Of a stretch of 64,000 nucleotides of DNA, positions 37,434-45,797 are shown piece by piece. Below the pieces are notes generated by a model. It worked only from the letters and a program-made list of their open reading frames with translations, had not been told where the DNA came from and did no database searches. Both the position numbers and the translations under genes were made by a program. Source of the DNA: an uncultured Smithella sp. (GTDB lineage Bacteria; Desulfobacterota; Syntrophia; Syntrophales; Smithellaceae); the NCBI GenBank assembly GCA_964443625.1, contig CAYUDM010000009.1:10005-74004 (forward strand). Reading direction: 5' to 3'. The stretch's first letter is position 1; every line of letters begins with the position of its first letter.

Positions 37434-37877
37434 ATGATGAAACTTGCCGTGTCCATATTTAAAGAAAGCATCTCCACCGTATTCGATGCCGCCGATCAAC
37501 TTTTGATGATTGAAATGGCGCCCGACGGATCGCGGCAAAGGTCGCTTTTAAAAATATCAAGCTCCGAGCCCGCGTCAAGAGCCTTCGAACTCAAGGCGCT
37601 CGGGGTGGATGTTTTAATTTGCGGGGCAATCTCCCGGCACATGCAGGCCTCGATGGCCTCTCAGGGGATTGAAGTCCACGCCTTTGTCCGGGGAACGGTG
37701 GATGACGTGGTTGCCGCTTACTCCGACAATCGGCTGGGTCAGTCGATTTTTTCCCTGCCGGGCTGTCACGGTCGCGAACCGGGGAATTCGTTCTGCGCCG
37801 GGCCTGGATCCAAGGCGATGCGCGGACGGGGACGCGGTCTGCGTTGTAAGCAGGGCTCACAACGGGGACGGGCGTAG
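37434..37877 (+). CDS. NifX/NifB-C-terminal-like (dinitrogenase FeMo-cofactor-binding fold) protein with an Arg/Gly/Cys-rich tail
   Basis: The core is ..VFDAADQLLMIE......VDVLICGAISRHMQASMASQGIEV. The tail is LPGCHGREPGNSFCAGPGSKAMRGRGRGLRCKQGSQRGRA. Confidence 0.65.
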   Translation: MMKLAVSIFKESISTVFDAADQLLMIEMAPDGSRQRSLLKISSSEPASRAFELKALGVDVLICGAISRHMQASMASQGIEVHAFVRGTVDDVVAAYSDNRLGQSIFSLPGCHGREPGNSFCAGPGSKAMRGRGRGLRCKQGSQRGRA

Positions 37878-37916
37878 GCCGGCTCCCGTACACTATTATG
37901 AAAAGGAGACAAGATA

Positions 37917-38465
37917 TTGAACGCGTTTATTCCAAAACAACTGTTTTTTACCAAGGGGGTCGGCACGCATCGGGAGCAACTGCATTCCTTCGAGCTGGCG
38001 CTCAGAGACGCGGGTATCGAGAAGTGCAACCTGGTCCAGGTCTCGAGCATCATGCCGCCCGGATGCAAAATTATTTCCAAAGCCGAAGGGCTAAAAAAGC
38101 TCAAGGCCGGCGCGATTACGTTTTGCGTCATGAGCCGCTGCTGCTCCAATGAACCGCGTCGTCTCATCTCGGCGTCCGTCGGGTGCGCGATTCCCGTGGA
38201 TAAAAAAACGTATGGCTACATCAGCGAACATCACGATTTCGGCTACACGGAGCGGCAGACGGGTGACTATGCGGAAGATCTGGCCGCGGCCATGCTGGCC
38301 TCGACGCTGGGCATCGATTTCAACGTGGATGAAAGTTGGGACGAGAAGAAGGAACTTTTTAAAATCAGCGGGAAAATTGTTGGGACGCGCAACACCACGC
38401 AATCCGCAGTTCTCAAGACGAAGGACTATACGACGGTTCTGGCGGCGGCCGTTTTTGTTTTCTAA
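37917..38465 (+). CDS. pdaD: Pyruvoyl-dependent arginine decarboxylase
   Basis: IPKQLFFTKGVGTH...ELALRDAGIEKCNLVQVSSIMPP contains the SS self-cleavage region. TTG start after an AAGGAG SD. Confidence 0.8.
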   Translation: MNAFIPKQLFFTKGVGTHREQLHSFELALRDAGIEKCNLVQVSSIMPPGCKIISKAEGLKKLKAGAITFCVMSRCCSNEPRRLISASVGCAIPVDKKTYGYISEHHDFGYTERQTGDYAEDLAAAMLASTLGIDFNVDESWDEKKELFKISGKIVGTRNTTQSAVLKTKDYTTVLAAAVFVF

Positions 38466-38530
38466 AATTGACGTCGAACGGTTGCGTTCAACGTCATGAG
38501 GACAGGCAGAAACTAAAGGAGGTCTATATC

Positions 38531-38746
38531 ATGAATGGAAGAAATCGCACCGGTTGTGGGCAGGGTCAGGGCAGCGGCCAGGGGCGTGGTGGTCAGGGCC
38601 GGGGGCGCATGGGCGGCCCGACGGCGGGGGGCGCAGTGGGCGTGTGTCACTGTCCAAATTGCGGCCACACGCAGCCCCATGAACGGGGCGTGCCGTGCAC
38701 ACAGGTCAAGTGTCCGAAGTGCGGGACGAACTTGATTCGGCAGTGA
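38531..38746 (+). CDS. Gly/Arg-rich small protein with a C-terminal CxxC..CxxC zinc ribbon (DUF5320-like)
   Basis: MNGRNRTGCGQGQGSGQGRGGQGRGRMGGPTAGG..CHCPNCGH..CPKCG. AAAGGAGG SD before 38531. Confidence 0.5.
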   Translation: MNGRNRTGCGQGQGSGQGRGGQGRGRMGGPTAGGAVGVCHCPNCGHTQPHERGVPCTQVKCPKCGTNLIRQ

Positions 38747-38909
38747 GAAAGGCAAAACCAATCCGCATTTTTGCAACATAGACGGAAAGACTCTTTCCGT
38801 CAGGACGCCGGTGGCGCTTGATACACCGCTTCGCGCCACCGGCGCCAATTAGCTTTCGCAGAAATCCGCTCGCGGTCGTTTCTGCATCAACAGAAAGAGG
38901 GATGAAAAC

Positions 38910-39272
38910 ATGAAAATAGCCATTACCACCTCCGGCAGTGACTTGAATGCGCCGCTGGACAGCCGTTTCGGCCGCGCGCCGAAATTTTTAATCTACGATC
39001 TGGAGACGAAAGGTTTCGAGATCATCGACAACGCGCAAAGCTTAAACGCCACGCAAGGAGCGGGTATCCAATCCGCTCAAAATGTCGCGCGTAGCGGCGC
39101 GATGGCGCTCATCAGCGGTCATTGCGGTCCCAAGGCGTTTCGTGTGCTTCAGGCGGCGGGCATTAAAATTTATACGACAACGGCAACGACAGTGAACGAA
39201 GCGATTGGTGAATATCATGCGGGCAAGTTGACACAAGCCGCCTCGGCGGATGTGGAAGGTCACTGGGTATGA
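38910..39272 (+). CDS. NifX/NifB-like cofactor-binding-fold protein
   Basis: MKIAITTSG.....LDSRFGRAPKFLIYD....F..I.N..........GAGIQSAQ.....G....I.GHCGPKAF..L..AGIKIY. Confidence 0.8.
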   Translation: MKIAITTSGSDLNAPLDSRFGRAPKFLIYDLETKGFEIIDNAQSLNATQGAGIQSAQNVARSGAMALISGHCGPKAFRVLQAAGIKIYTTTATTVNEAIGEYHAGKLTQAASADVEGHWV

Positions 39273-39763
39273 ACCATTTGCAGATCGTCTGCAAACCGAT
39301 CGGCGTGATCCGCAGCGAGCACACGATCGCTGAAGAAACACCCATTCAGCCCGTTTACGCCAAAGGCTGCAAGGGCCACGTTGAAGTGTTTCCCGAATAC
39401 GCCGAAGGTCTGAAAGACCTTGACGGCTTTTCGCATCTTTATCTGCTTTACCATTTTCACGCCTGCGGGACGGTCAAGCTGACGGTCAAGCCTTTTTTGC
39501 AGGACATCGACCGCGGCATTTTTTCAACCCGCGCGCCTTTTCGTCCCAATCCCATCGGTTTGTCCGTGGTGGAACTTCTGGGAGTGGAGGGCAATATTTT
39601 GCACATTGAAGGTGTGGATATTCTCGACGGCACGCCGCTTCTGGACATTAAACCCTACACGGAAAAGTTTGATTTGCGCGCCGTCACCAAAAGCGGCTGG
39701 CAGGATGATGTGGATGAATCAACCGCCCACCGGCGGGGAAAGAGAGGGTATAGCCGAGCATGA
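39269..39763 (+). CDS. TsaA/TrmO-like SAM-dependent methyltransferase fold (UPF0066)
   Basis: ..PIGVIRSE..........FSHLYLLYHFH......STRAPFRPNPIGLSVV....VEGN.L.I.GVDILDGTPLLDIKPY. Confidence 0.8.
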   Translation: MNHLQIVCKPIGVIRSEHTIAEETPIQPVYAKGCKGHVEVFPEYAEGLKDLDGFSHLYLLYHFHACGTVKLTVKPFLQDIDRGIFSTRAPFRPNPIGLSVVELLGVEGNILHIEGVDILDGTPLLDIKPYTEKFDLRAVTKSGWQDDVDESTAHRRGKRGYSRA

Positions 39764-40647
39764 AATCTTCCATTGACTGTATTCCCTGTTTCGTCCGCCA
39801 GGCGGCCGACGCGGTGAGCTTCGCGGCGCCGAAGGATGAAGATCGTAAACGTTTGATGCGCATTGTTCTGGAGTGGGTAAGCCATATCGATTTTGATCTG
39901 TCTCCGCCTGCCGCCGTTCAGATGATCCATCGACAATTGCGCGCCCTGACGCCTGCTGAGGATCCGTATCGTGCGGCCAAAGACCGTCAAAACGACCTTG
40001 CGGCGCGCCTGATGCCATCGGTCCGCAAAAGAATTCTCGCGTCCTTTGACCCGCTGGACATGGCCGTGCGGTACGCGATTACCGGAAATATTCTTGATCT
40101 GGGCGCAAAAAACAATCTGGGAATGGGGGATATTTACGCGGAATTTCAAAGCGCCTCGATCCAACCGGTTTTTGGCGACATGGCGGCGCTCAAGAAGGCC
40201 CTCTCGGGTGCCAAAAATATTTTGTATCTGGCGGACAACGCCGGAGAAATATTTTTCGACCGATTGCTGATCGAACAGTTGGGCGGCAAAAGAGTAACGC
40301 TGGCCGTGCGCGGCGCGCCGGTCATTAACGATGCGACCCGCGAAGACGCCCTTTCGGCGGGCCTCGACGAGATAACGGACATTATTGACAATGGCTCCGA
40401 TGCGCCGGGAACCATTTTGTCGGATTGCGGCGATGAATTTAGACGGTGCTTTGACGAAGCGGATTTAATTATCGCCAAGGGCCAGGGCAATTTCGAGTCT
40501 CTCTCGGACGAGCCGCGCGACATCTTCTACCTGTTTCGGGTAAAGTGTCCACTCATCAGCCGCCATGCAGGTTTCCCGGTTGGCAGCTATGTTGCCGCCA
40601 ACCGATTTGGCGCGCGCAATCCCGAATTCGAAGGAATCAACTCATGA
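39760..40647 (+). CDS. DUF89 (ARMT1-like, damage-control phosphatase family) protein
   Basis: N-terminal C.PC, then LADNAGEIFFD and IAKGQGNFESL motifs. Confidence 0.75.
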   Translation: MKSSIDCIPCFVRQAADAVSFAAPKDEDRKRLMRIVLEWVSHIDFDLSPPAAVQMIHRQLRALTPAEDPYRAAKDRQNDLAARLMPSVRKRILASFDPLDMAVRYAITGNILDLGAKNNLGMGDIYAEFQSASIQPVFGDMAALKKALSGAKNILYLADNAGEIFFDRLLIEQLGGKRVTLAVRGAPVINDATREDALSAGLDEITDIIDNGSDAPGTILSDCGDEFRRCFDEADLIIAKGQGNFESLSDEPRDIFYLFRVKCPLISRHAGFPVGSYVAANRFGARNPEFEGINS

Positions 40648-41507
40648 AAATTTCTGTCGCCTCCGGCAAGGGAGGAACCGGCAAAACCACCGTATCCGTG
40701 AATTTGGCCCGGACAATGGCCTCTTGCGTTGCGCTTTTGGACTGCGATGTGGAAGAGCCCAACGCGCACCTGTTTGTCCAGGGGGAGGTCATTGATGAGG
40801 AGGTGGTCACGCTGCCCATTCCCCGCGTGGATGAATCGTTGTGCGACGGATGTGGCCTGTGCAGTAAAATCTGCGCGTTTAACGCGATCGTCACTTTCGG
40901 CACGGCGCCGCTGATTTTTCCCGAGTTGTGCCATGGCTGCGGCGGCTGTGCACGTGTCTGCCCGCCCCAAGCCATTACCGAAGAAGGCCGACGCATCGGT
41001 GTAGTGGAGACGCGACACACGGCGGATATTACGCTCATCACCGGGCGGCTCGATATCGGGGTGGCCATGTCGCCGCCTCTGATCCGTGCTGTGAAGGCGC
41101 GTCTGACACCGGGGATGCCGGCGATTCTGGATGCGCCTCCCGGGACATCGTGCCCGGTGATTGCAGCAGTGCGGGACACGGACATCGTGCTTCTGGTGAC
41201 GGAACCCACACCGTTTGGCCTCAATGATCTCTCTCTGGCGGTGGATATGGTGCGCGAGCTTGGCTTGCCCTTCGGCGTCATCATCAACCGCATGGGCTCG
41301 GGTGACAACCGCGTGCAGGACTATTGCGCCAAGGAGGGCATTGACGTCCTGATGGAAATTCCCGATGACCGGCGCATCGCCGAGGCCTATTCCCGCGGCG
41401 AGATCATGGTGGATGCCCTGCCCGAATATCGCATCCTTTTTGAAAATCTTTTAACAACCATCCGGAATCGTATCGCTGAGGGAGAAAAACGTTATGCCAA
41501 CCTTTAA
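40644..41507 (+). CDS. MinD/CooC-type P-loop ATPase with inserted 2x[4Fe-4S] ferredoxin domain
   Basis: MKISVASGKGGTGKTT, then CDGCGLCSKIC and CHGCGGCARVCP. ATGA overlap with the upstream gene; the ORF track opens at 40545. Confidence 0.8.
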   Translation: MKISVASGKGGTGKTTVSVNLARTMASCVALLDCDVEEPNAHLFVQGEVIDEEVVTLPIPRVDESLCDGCGLCSKICAFNAIVTFGTAPLIFPELCHGCGGCARVCPPQAITEEGRRIGVVETRHTADITLITGRLDIGVAMSPPLIRAVKARLTPGMPAILDAPPGTSCPVIAAVRDTDIVLLVTEPTPFGLNDLSLAVDMVRELGLPFGVIINRMGSGDNRVQDYCAKEGIDVLMEIPDDRRIAEAYSRGEIMVDALPEYRILFENLLTTIRNRIAEGEKRYANL

Positions 41508-42462
41508 GTATCTTTACGGCCCTGTGCCATCGCGCCGCTTAGGCCGGTCGCTGGGGCTTGATCTGGTTCCTTATAAAACATGCACCTACGACTGCATTTA
41601 TTGCCAGCTGGGGAAAACGACGAATAAAACGATTGAAAGACGCGAGTATGTTCCTCCCGCGGAGGTTCTGGAAGAGCTTCGGGAAAAACTCGCCTCCGGG
41701 CTGAACTGTGATTATATCAGTCTGGCCGGTTCCGGAGAGCCGACGCTGCATGCGGGCCTCGAGGAGTTGATTGCCAAAATCAAAGAAATGACTAAGATTC
41801 CCGTTTCGGTGATCACCAATGGGTCGCTTCTGTATCTGCCTGAGGTCCGCCAGTCGCTTCTGGGCGCGGACCTCGTTGTGCCGTCTCTGGATGCCGGTGA
41901 CGCAGCGCTCTTCGAATATGTGAACCGGCCTTCTCCGGCCATTGATTTTCAGCAGATGGCCGAGGGTCTGGTTTCGTTTGCCAGAGAATATTCCGGACGT
42001 CTGTGGCTTGAAGTCCTCTTGGTTTCCGGTGTAACGGGGCTTCCTTCGGAGGCCAGAAAAATCGCGGCCTGGGCCGATAAAATCCATCCGGAAAAAATCC
42101 AGCTCAACACCGTGAGCCGTCCCGCCTATGAAGATTTCGCCTGTGCTGTGGATCCGAAACAGATGAAAACGCTGGCCGGCCTATTTTCTCCGGTGGCCGA
42201 GATTCTCGAAATCACGCATCCCGCTTATGCTGATGAAGCGAATGTGTCGAATGTGACGGACGCCGACATTATGAATCTTCTGGCGAGGCGGCCCTGTACG
42301 CTCGACGGGATCTCTGCGGGGCTTGGCCTGCATCCGCATGAGGCGGCCAAGCGCATCGAACATCTCAGAAACAACAACGCCATAGAAACAACGCGAAACG
42401 GGCGGAAAGTATTTTATAAATCAGTAAACACCCCTTCTGAGGAGGCGCCCATCCGCCCATGA
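41494..42462 (+). CDS. Radical SAM protein
   Basis: YGPVPSRRLGRSLGLDLVPYKTCTYDCIYCQLG contains a CX3CX2C motif. It overlaps the upstream gene by 14 nt. Confidence 0.8.
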   Translation: MPTFKYLYGPVPSRRLGRSLGLDLVPYKTCTYDCIYCQLGKTTNKTIERREYVPPAEVLEELREKLASGLNCDYISLAGSGEPTLHAGLEELIAKIKEMTKIPVSVITNGSLLYLPEVRQSLLGADLVVPSLDAGDAALFEYVNRPSPAIDFQQMAEGLVSFAREYSGRLWLEVLLVSGVTGLPSEARKIAAWADKIHPEKIQLNTVSRPAYEDFACAVDPKQMKTLAGLFSPVAEILEITHPAYADEANVSNVTDADIMNLLARRPCTLDGISAGLGLHPHEAAKRIEHLRNNNAIETTRNGRKVFYKSVNTPSEEAPIRP

Positions 42463-42908
42463 GTGACGTTTTGGAGACAAAAAAATATATTGAGGCCTGC
42501 CGGGAAATATTCTGGCAGAAAGTATTCGCGGTTGAAGCGGAATATCTCTGCGCAAAGCTTCGGGGCTGCTTAGACGTTTTGAGCGTCGGCTGCGGCCCGG
42601 CAATTATCGAAGGAGAGCTGGCCGCGAAAGGCTATCGCGTCACCGGGCTGGATATTTCCCAGGAGGCTTTGAAGTGCGCGCCGGATAGCATTCGGACAAT
42701 GGCTGGCCGGGCCGAAGACCTGTCGTTTCCCGAGTCCTCCTTCGATGCCGCCATTTTTGTGGCGTCTTTGCAATTCATTGAAGATTACCGGGCGGCGCTT
42801 AACCGTGCGGCGGCCGCATTAAAACCCGATGGCCGGATCATCGCGATGCTGCTCAACCCTGCGTCGGAATTCTACAAAGACCTGCGCCGCAAACCGGATG
42901 AATCATGA
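42459..42908 (+). CDS. Class I SAM-dependent methyltransferase (short)
   Basis: VLSVGCGPA (motif I), ..GLDIS, and a 4-nt overlap with the upstream gene. Confidence 0.7.
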   Translation: MSDVLETKKYIEACREIFWQKVFAVEAEYLCAKLRGCLDVLSVGCGPAIIEGELAAKGYRVTGLDISQEALKCAPDSIRTMAGRAEDLSFPESSFDAAIFVASLQFIEDYRAALNRAAAALKPDGRIIAMLLNPASEFYKDLRRKPDES

Positions 42909-42937
42909 TCTTGCGAAATTAAAATGACCGGGAGGGG

Positions 42938-43561
42938 ATGCGTTTTATGCCCATCGATGAAAACGAATTAGCTCAAAATCACAAGCGCTACCGCAAGCGG
43001 ATCGCGTTGTATCGGAAATACGGATATGATGTTGACGAAGAGCGGAATTTTGTGATTGAAAAAGCAATGCCTCTTTCCGGAAATATTCTGGAAGCCGGAA
43101 CCGGAAAGGGTTATTTTTCGCTGGCCCTGGCCCGGCGGGGGTTTTCCTTCACCACCGTTGATCATTCGCCTTCGGAGCAATGGTATGCGGGGTTGAATCT
43201 GGGCTTTTACGGTCTGGCGAGCCTTGTTCGTTTCGATGTGGCGGACCTGGAGCATCTTCCTTACGCCGATGCGTCTTATGATGTGATTTTTGCGGTCCAT
43301 CTGGTTCATCACCTCGCGTTAATCGAGCCCGCTTGCAGCGAAATTCTGCGGGTCTTGTCGCCTTCGGGCAAAATCGTATTAAGTGACTTCAATGAAAAGG
43401 GTCGGGCGGTGGTGGATCAAATTCACGCCCTGGATGGAAAAAAGCATGAGGTGGGACTGGTGACCCTGAAGGCCGTCAAGGATTATTTGACCGATCGGGG
43501 CTTGTGGGTTGAAAAACACGAGGCAACGCACCAGGATGTGCTGATTGCGTCCCGACCATAA
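42938..43561 (+). CDS. Class I SAM-dependent methyltransferase
   Basis: ILEAGTGKGYFSLALARRG, ..TVDHS. The start may instead be the second ATG at 42947. Confidence 0.7.
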   Translation: MRFMPIDENELAQNHKRYRKRIALYRKYGYDVDEERNFVIEKAMPLSGNILEAGTGKGYFSLALARRGFSFTTVDHSPSEQWYAGLNLGFYGLASLVRFDVADLEHLPYADASYDVIFAVHLVHHLALIEPACSEILRVLSPSGKIVLSDFNEKGRAVVDQIHALDGKKHEVGLVTLKAVKDYLTDRGLWVEKHEATHQDVLIASRP

Positions 43562-43627
43562 CGGCGGATGCCATGATGCTCAAAAAAGCAAAGGGTTGGG
43601 ATCCCTTGGAGGTTCATTTTCGAGGCT

Positions 43628-44497
43628 ATGAAAGAATTAGTGATTATCAGCGGTAAAGGCGGAACAGGAAAAACCAGCGTGACGGCGTCATTTGCGGTGC
43701 TCGCCTCGCGCGCCGTGATCTGTGATTGCGACGTCGACGCCGCAGATTTGCATCTGGTGTTGACGCCCCAAATCCGGGAGCGTCATGAATTTCGAAGCGG
43801 GCATGAAGCGCTCATCCGGCCGGAAGATTGCTCGGGCTGCGGCCTGTGCGAAGAGATTTGCCGCTTTGACGCGATTGCGTCTTGTGACGGCGTTTATCGC
43901 ATCGATCCGGTTGCCTGTGAAGGCTGCGGCGTGTGTGCGCATTTTTGCCCTGAAAAAGCAATTGACTTTCCCGAGCGTCTCTGCGGAAACTGGTTTGTTT
44001 CGGATACGCGCGTGGGGCCGATGGTGCATGCGCGCCTCGGCGTGGCGGCTGAAAATTCCGGCAAACTCGTCTCCACCGTGCGCACGGAAGCCAAGCATCT
44101 GGCTGAAGAAGAAAACTTCAATTGCGTTTTGGTGGATGGGCCTCCCGGCATTGGCTGTCCGGTCATCGCCTCGCTCACCGGCGCCTCGCAGGTTCTGGTG
44201 GTGACGGAGCCTACCGTATCGGGCGAGCATGATCTGGAGCGCGTGCTGGGGCTCGCAAGACATTTTCAGATTCCCGCGTTTGTGTGCGTCAATAAATGGG
44301 ACATCAATCCGGAGATGACCTGCCGCATTGAGAAGTTCGCCCGTGACGCAGGCGCCCGCATTGCCGGACGCATCCGCTATGACCGGGCTGTCACCCGGGC
44401 GCAGATTGATCAAAAAGCCGTCGTGGAAACTAAGGCCGCTTGCGCTCACGATATTAAAGCAATATGGACTTATTTAAATCAAGCAGGAGGATGTTAA
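43628..44497 (+). CDS. MinD/CooC-type P-loop ATPase with inserted 2x[4Fe-4S] ferredoxin domain (second copy)
   Basis: ISGKGGTGKTS, CSGCGLCEEIC, CEGCGVCAHFCP. Confidence 0.8.
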   Translation: MKELVIISGKGGTGKTSVTASFAVLASRAVICDCDVDAADLHLVLTPQIRERHEFRSGHEALIRPEDCSGCGLCEEICRFDAIASCDGVYRIDPVACEGCGVCAHFCPEKAIDFPERLCGNWFVSDTRVGPMVHARLGVAAENSGKLVSTVRTEAKHLAEEENFNCVLVDGPPGIGCPVIASLTGASQVLVVTEPTVSGEHDLERVLGLARHFQIPAFVCVNKWDINPEMTCRIEKFARDAGARIAGRIRYDRAVTRAQIDQKAVVETKAACAHDIKAIWTYLNQAGGC

Positions 44498-44503
44498 TAA
44501 AAA

Positions 44504-45412
44504 ATGGAGGACAAAGAAGTGGAAAACAAAAAAACGTGCAGTTCTTGCACAGATTCAAGCTGCTCCGCCAAAGCAAAACAGCAGGGCGAAAGCGATACGG
44601 ACTTTGCCGATCGACAACGGCTTCATGCAAGGCTGTGTCGTATTGGGCATAAAATTGCCGTGCTGTCCGGCAAGGGCGGCGTCGGCAAAAGCACGGTGGC
44701 GGTGAACCTGGCCACGGCGCTGGCGTTAAACGGCCTGCGCGTGGGGCTTCTGGATATCGATATTCACGGGCCCAGCGTTCCCACGATGTTGGGGCTTGAA
44801 GGCCAGTCGCTCAAAGGCAATCCCGGTGAAATTTTTCCCGTGGAATTCGGCGGGCTGAAAGTCATGTCCATCGGCTTTTTACTGCAAAATCCCGACGATG
44901 CGGTCATCTGGCGCGGGCCCATGAAAATGGGCGTCATCAAACAGTTTCTGACGGATGTCAACTGGGGCGATCTGGATTACCTGATTATCGATTTGCCGCC
45001 CGGCACGGGCGACGAGCCACTGTCGCTTTGCCAGTTGATCCAGCCGCTGACCGGCTCGGTGATCGTAACGACGCCGCAAAAAGTGGCGGCGGTGGATGTG
45101 CGCAAGTCCATCAGTTTCTGCCGACGGCTGGAGGTGCCGGTTTTAGGTGTGGTGGAAAACATGAGCGGCTTCGTCTGTCCCAAGTGCGGCGAGCTGACGC
45201 AAATTCTGCCCGAAGGCGGCGGACGGAAAATCGCGTCCGACATGGACGTGCCTTTCCTGGGCGCCATTCCTCTGGACCCGGGCATTGCGCAATCCGGCGA
45301 TTCCGGCAAAGTGTTTATTTATCATTCGTCCAAAACGCCGACGGGAATCATTCTGCAGGAGATTATCGATCAGATTACCGATCCGGATAAAACAAAAAAA
45401 ATTAACGCATAA
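44504..45412 (+). CDS. Mrp/NBP35/ApbC-family Fe-S cluster carrier ATPase
   Basis: Cys-rich N-terminus, VLSGKGGVGKST, DLPPGTGDE and CPKCG. Confidence 0.85.
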   Translation: MEDKEVENKKTCSSCTDSSCSAKAKQQGESDTDFADRQRLHARLCRIGHKIAVLSGKGGVGKSTVAVNLATALALNGLRVGLLDIDIHGPSVPTMLGLEGQSLKGNPGEIFPVEFGGLKVMSIGFLLQNPDDAVIWRGPMKMGVIKQFLTDVNWGDLDYLIIDLPPGTGDEPLSLCQLIQPLTGSVIVTTPQKVAAVDVRKSISFCRRLEVPVLGVVENMSGFVCPKCGELTQILPEGGGRKIASDMDVPFLGAIPLDPGIAQSGDSGKVFIYHSSKTPTGIILQEIIDQITDPDKTKKINA

Positions 45413-45425
45413 GGAGAATGGCTTT

Positions 45426-45764
45426 ATGAAAATTGCCGTACCGTTAGCCGAAGGCAAATTGACGCTGCATTTCGGGCATTGCGCAAGCTTTGCCCTGGTC
45501 GAAGTGGATGATCAGACGAAAAAGATTCTTGGACGCGAGGACATTCCCGCGCCGCCTCATCAGCCGGGACTTTTACCGCCGTGGCTGGCCGAACGCGGCG
45601 CGAAGATGATTATCGCAGGCGGCATGGGTCAGCGCGCTCAGCAGCTTTTCGCCGAGCAAGGCATCCAGGTGGTGGTCGGCGCACCGGCTGAGGCGCCGGA
45701 AAAACTGATTACAGACTTTTTTGCAGGCGCGCTGCAAACCGGCGCGAACGCCTGCGATCACTAA
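45426..45764 (+). CDS. NifX/NifB-like cofactor-binding-fold protein (third copy)
   Basis: MKIAVPLAEGKLTLHFGHCASFALVEVD... AAGGAG SD. The ORF track opens at 45285, inside the mrp gene. Confidence 0.75.
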   Translation: MKIAVPLAEGKLTLHFGHCASFALVEVDDQTKKILGREDIPAPPHQPGLLPPWLAERGAKMIIAGGMGQRAQQLFAEQGIQVVVGAPAEAPEKLITDFFAGALQTGANACDH

Positions 45765-45797
45765 ACCGTAAATGTTTGGATAGAGGAACAGGGTTTC

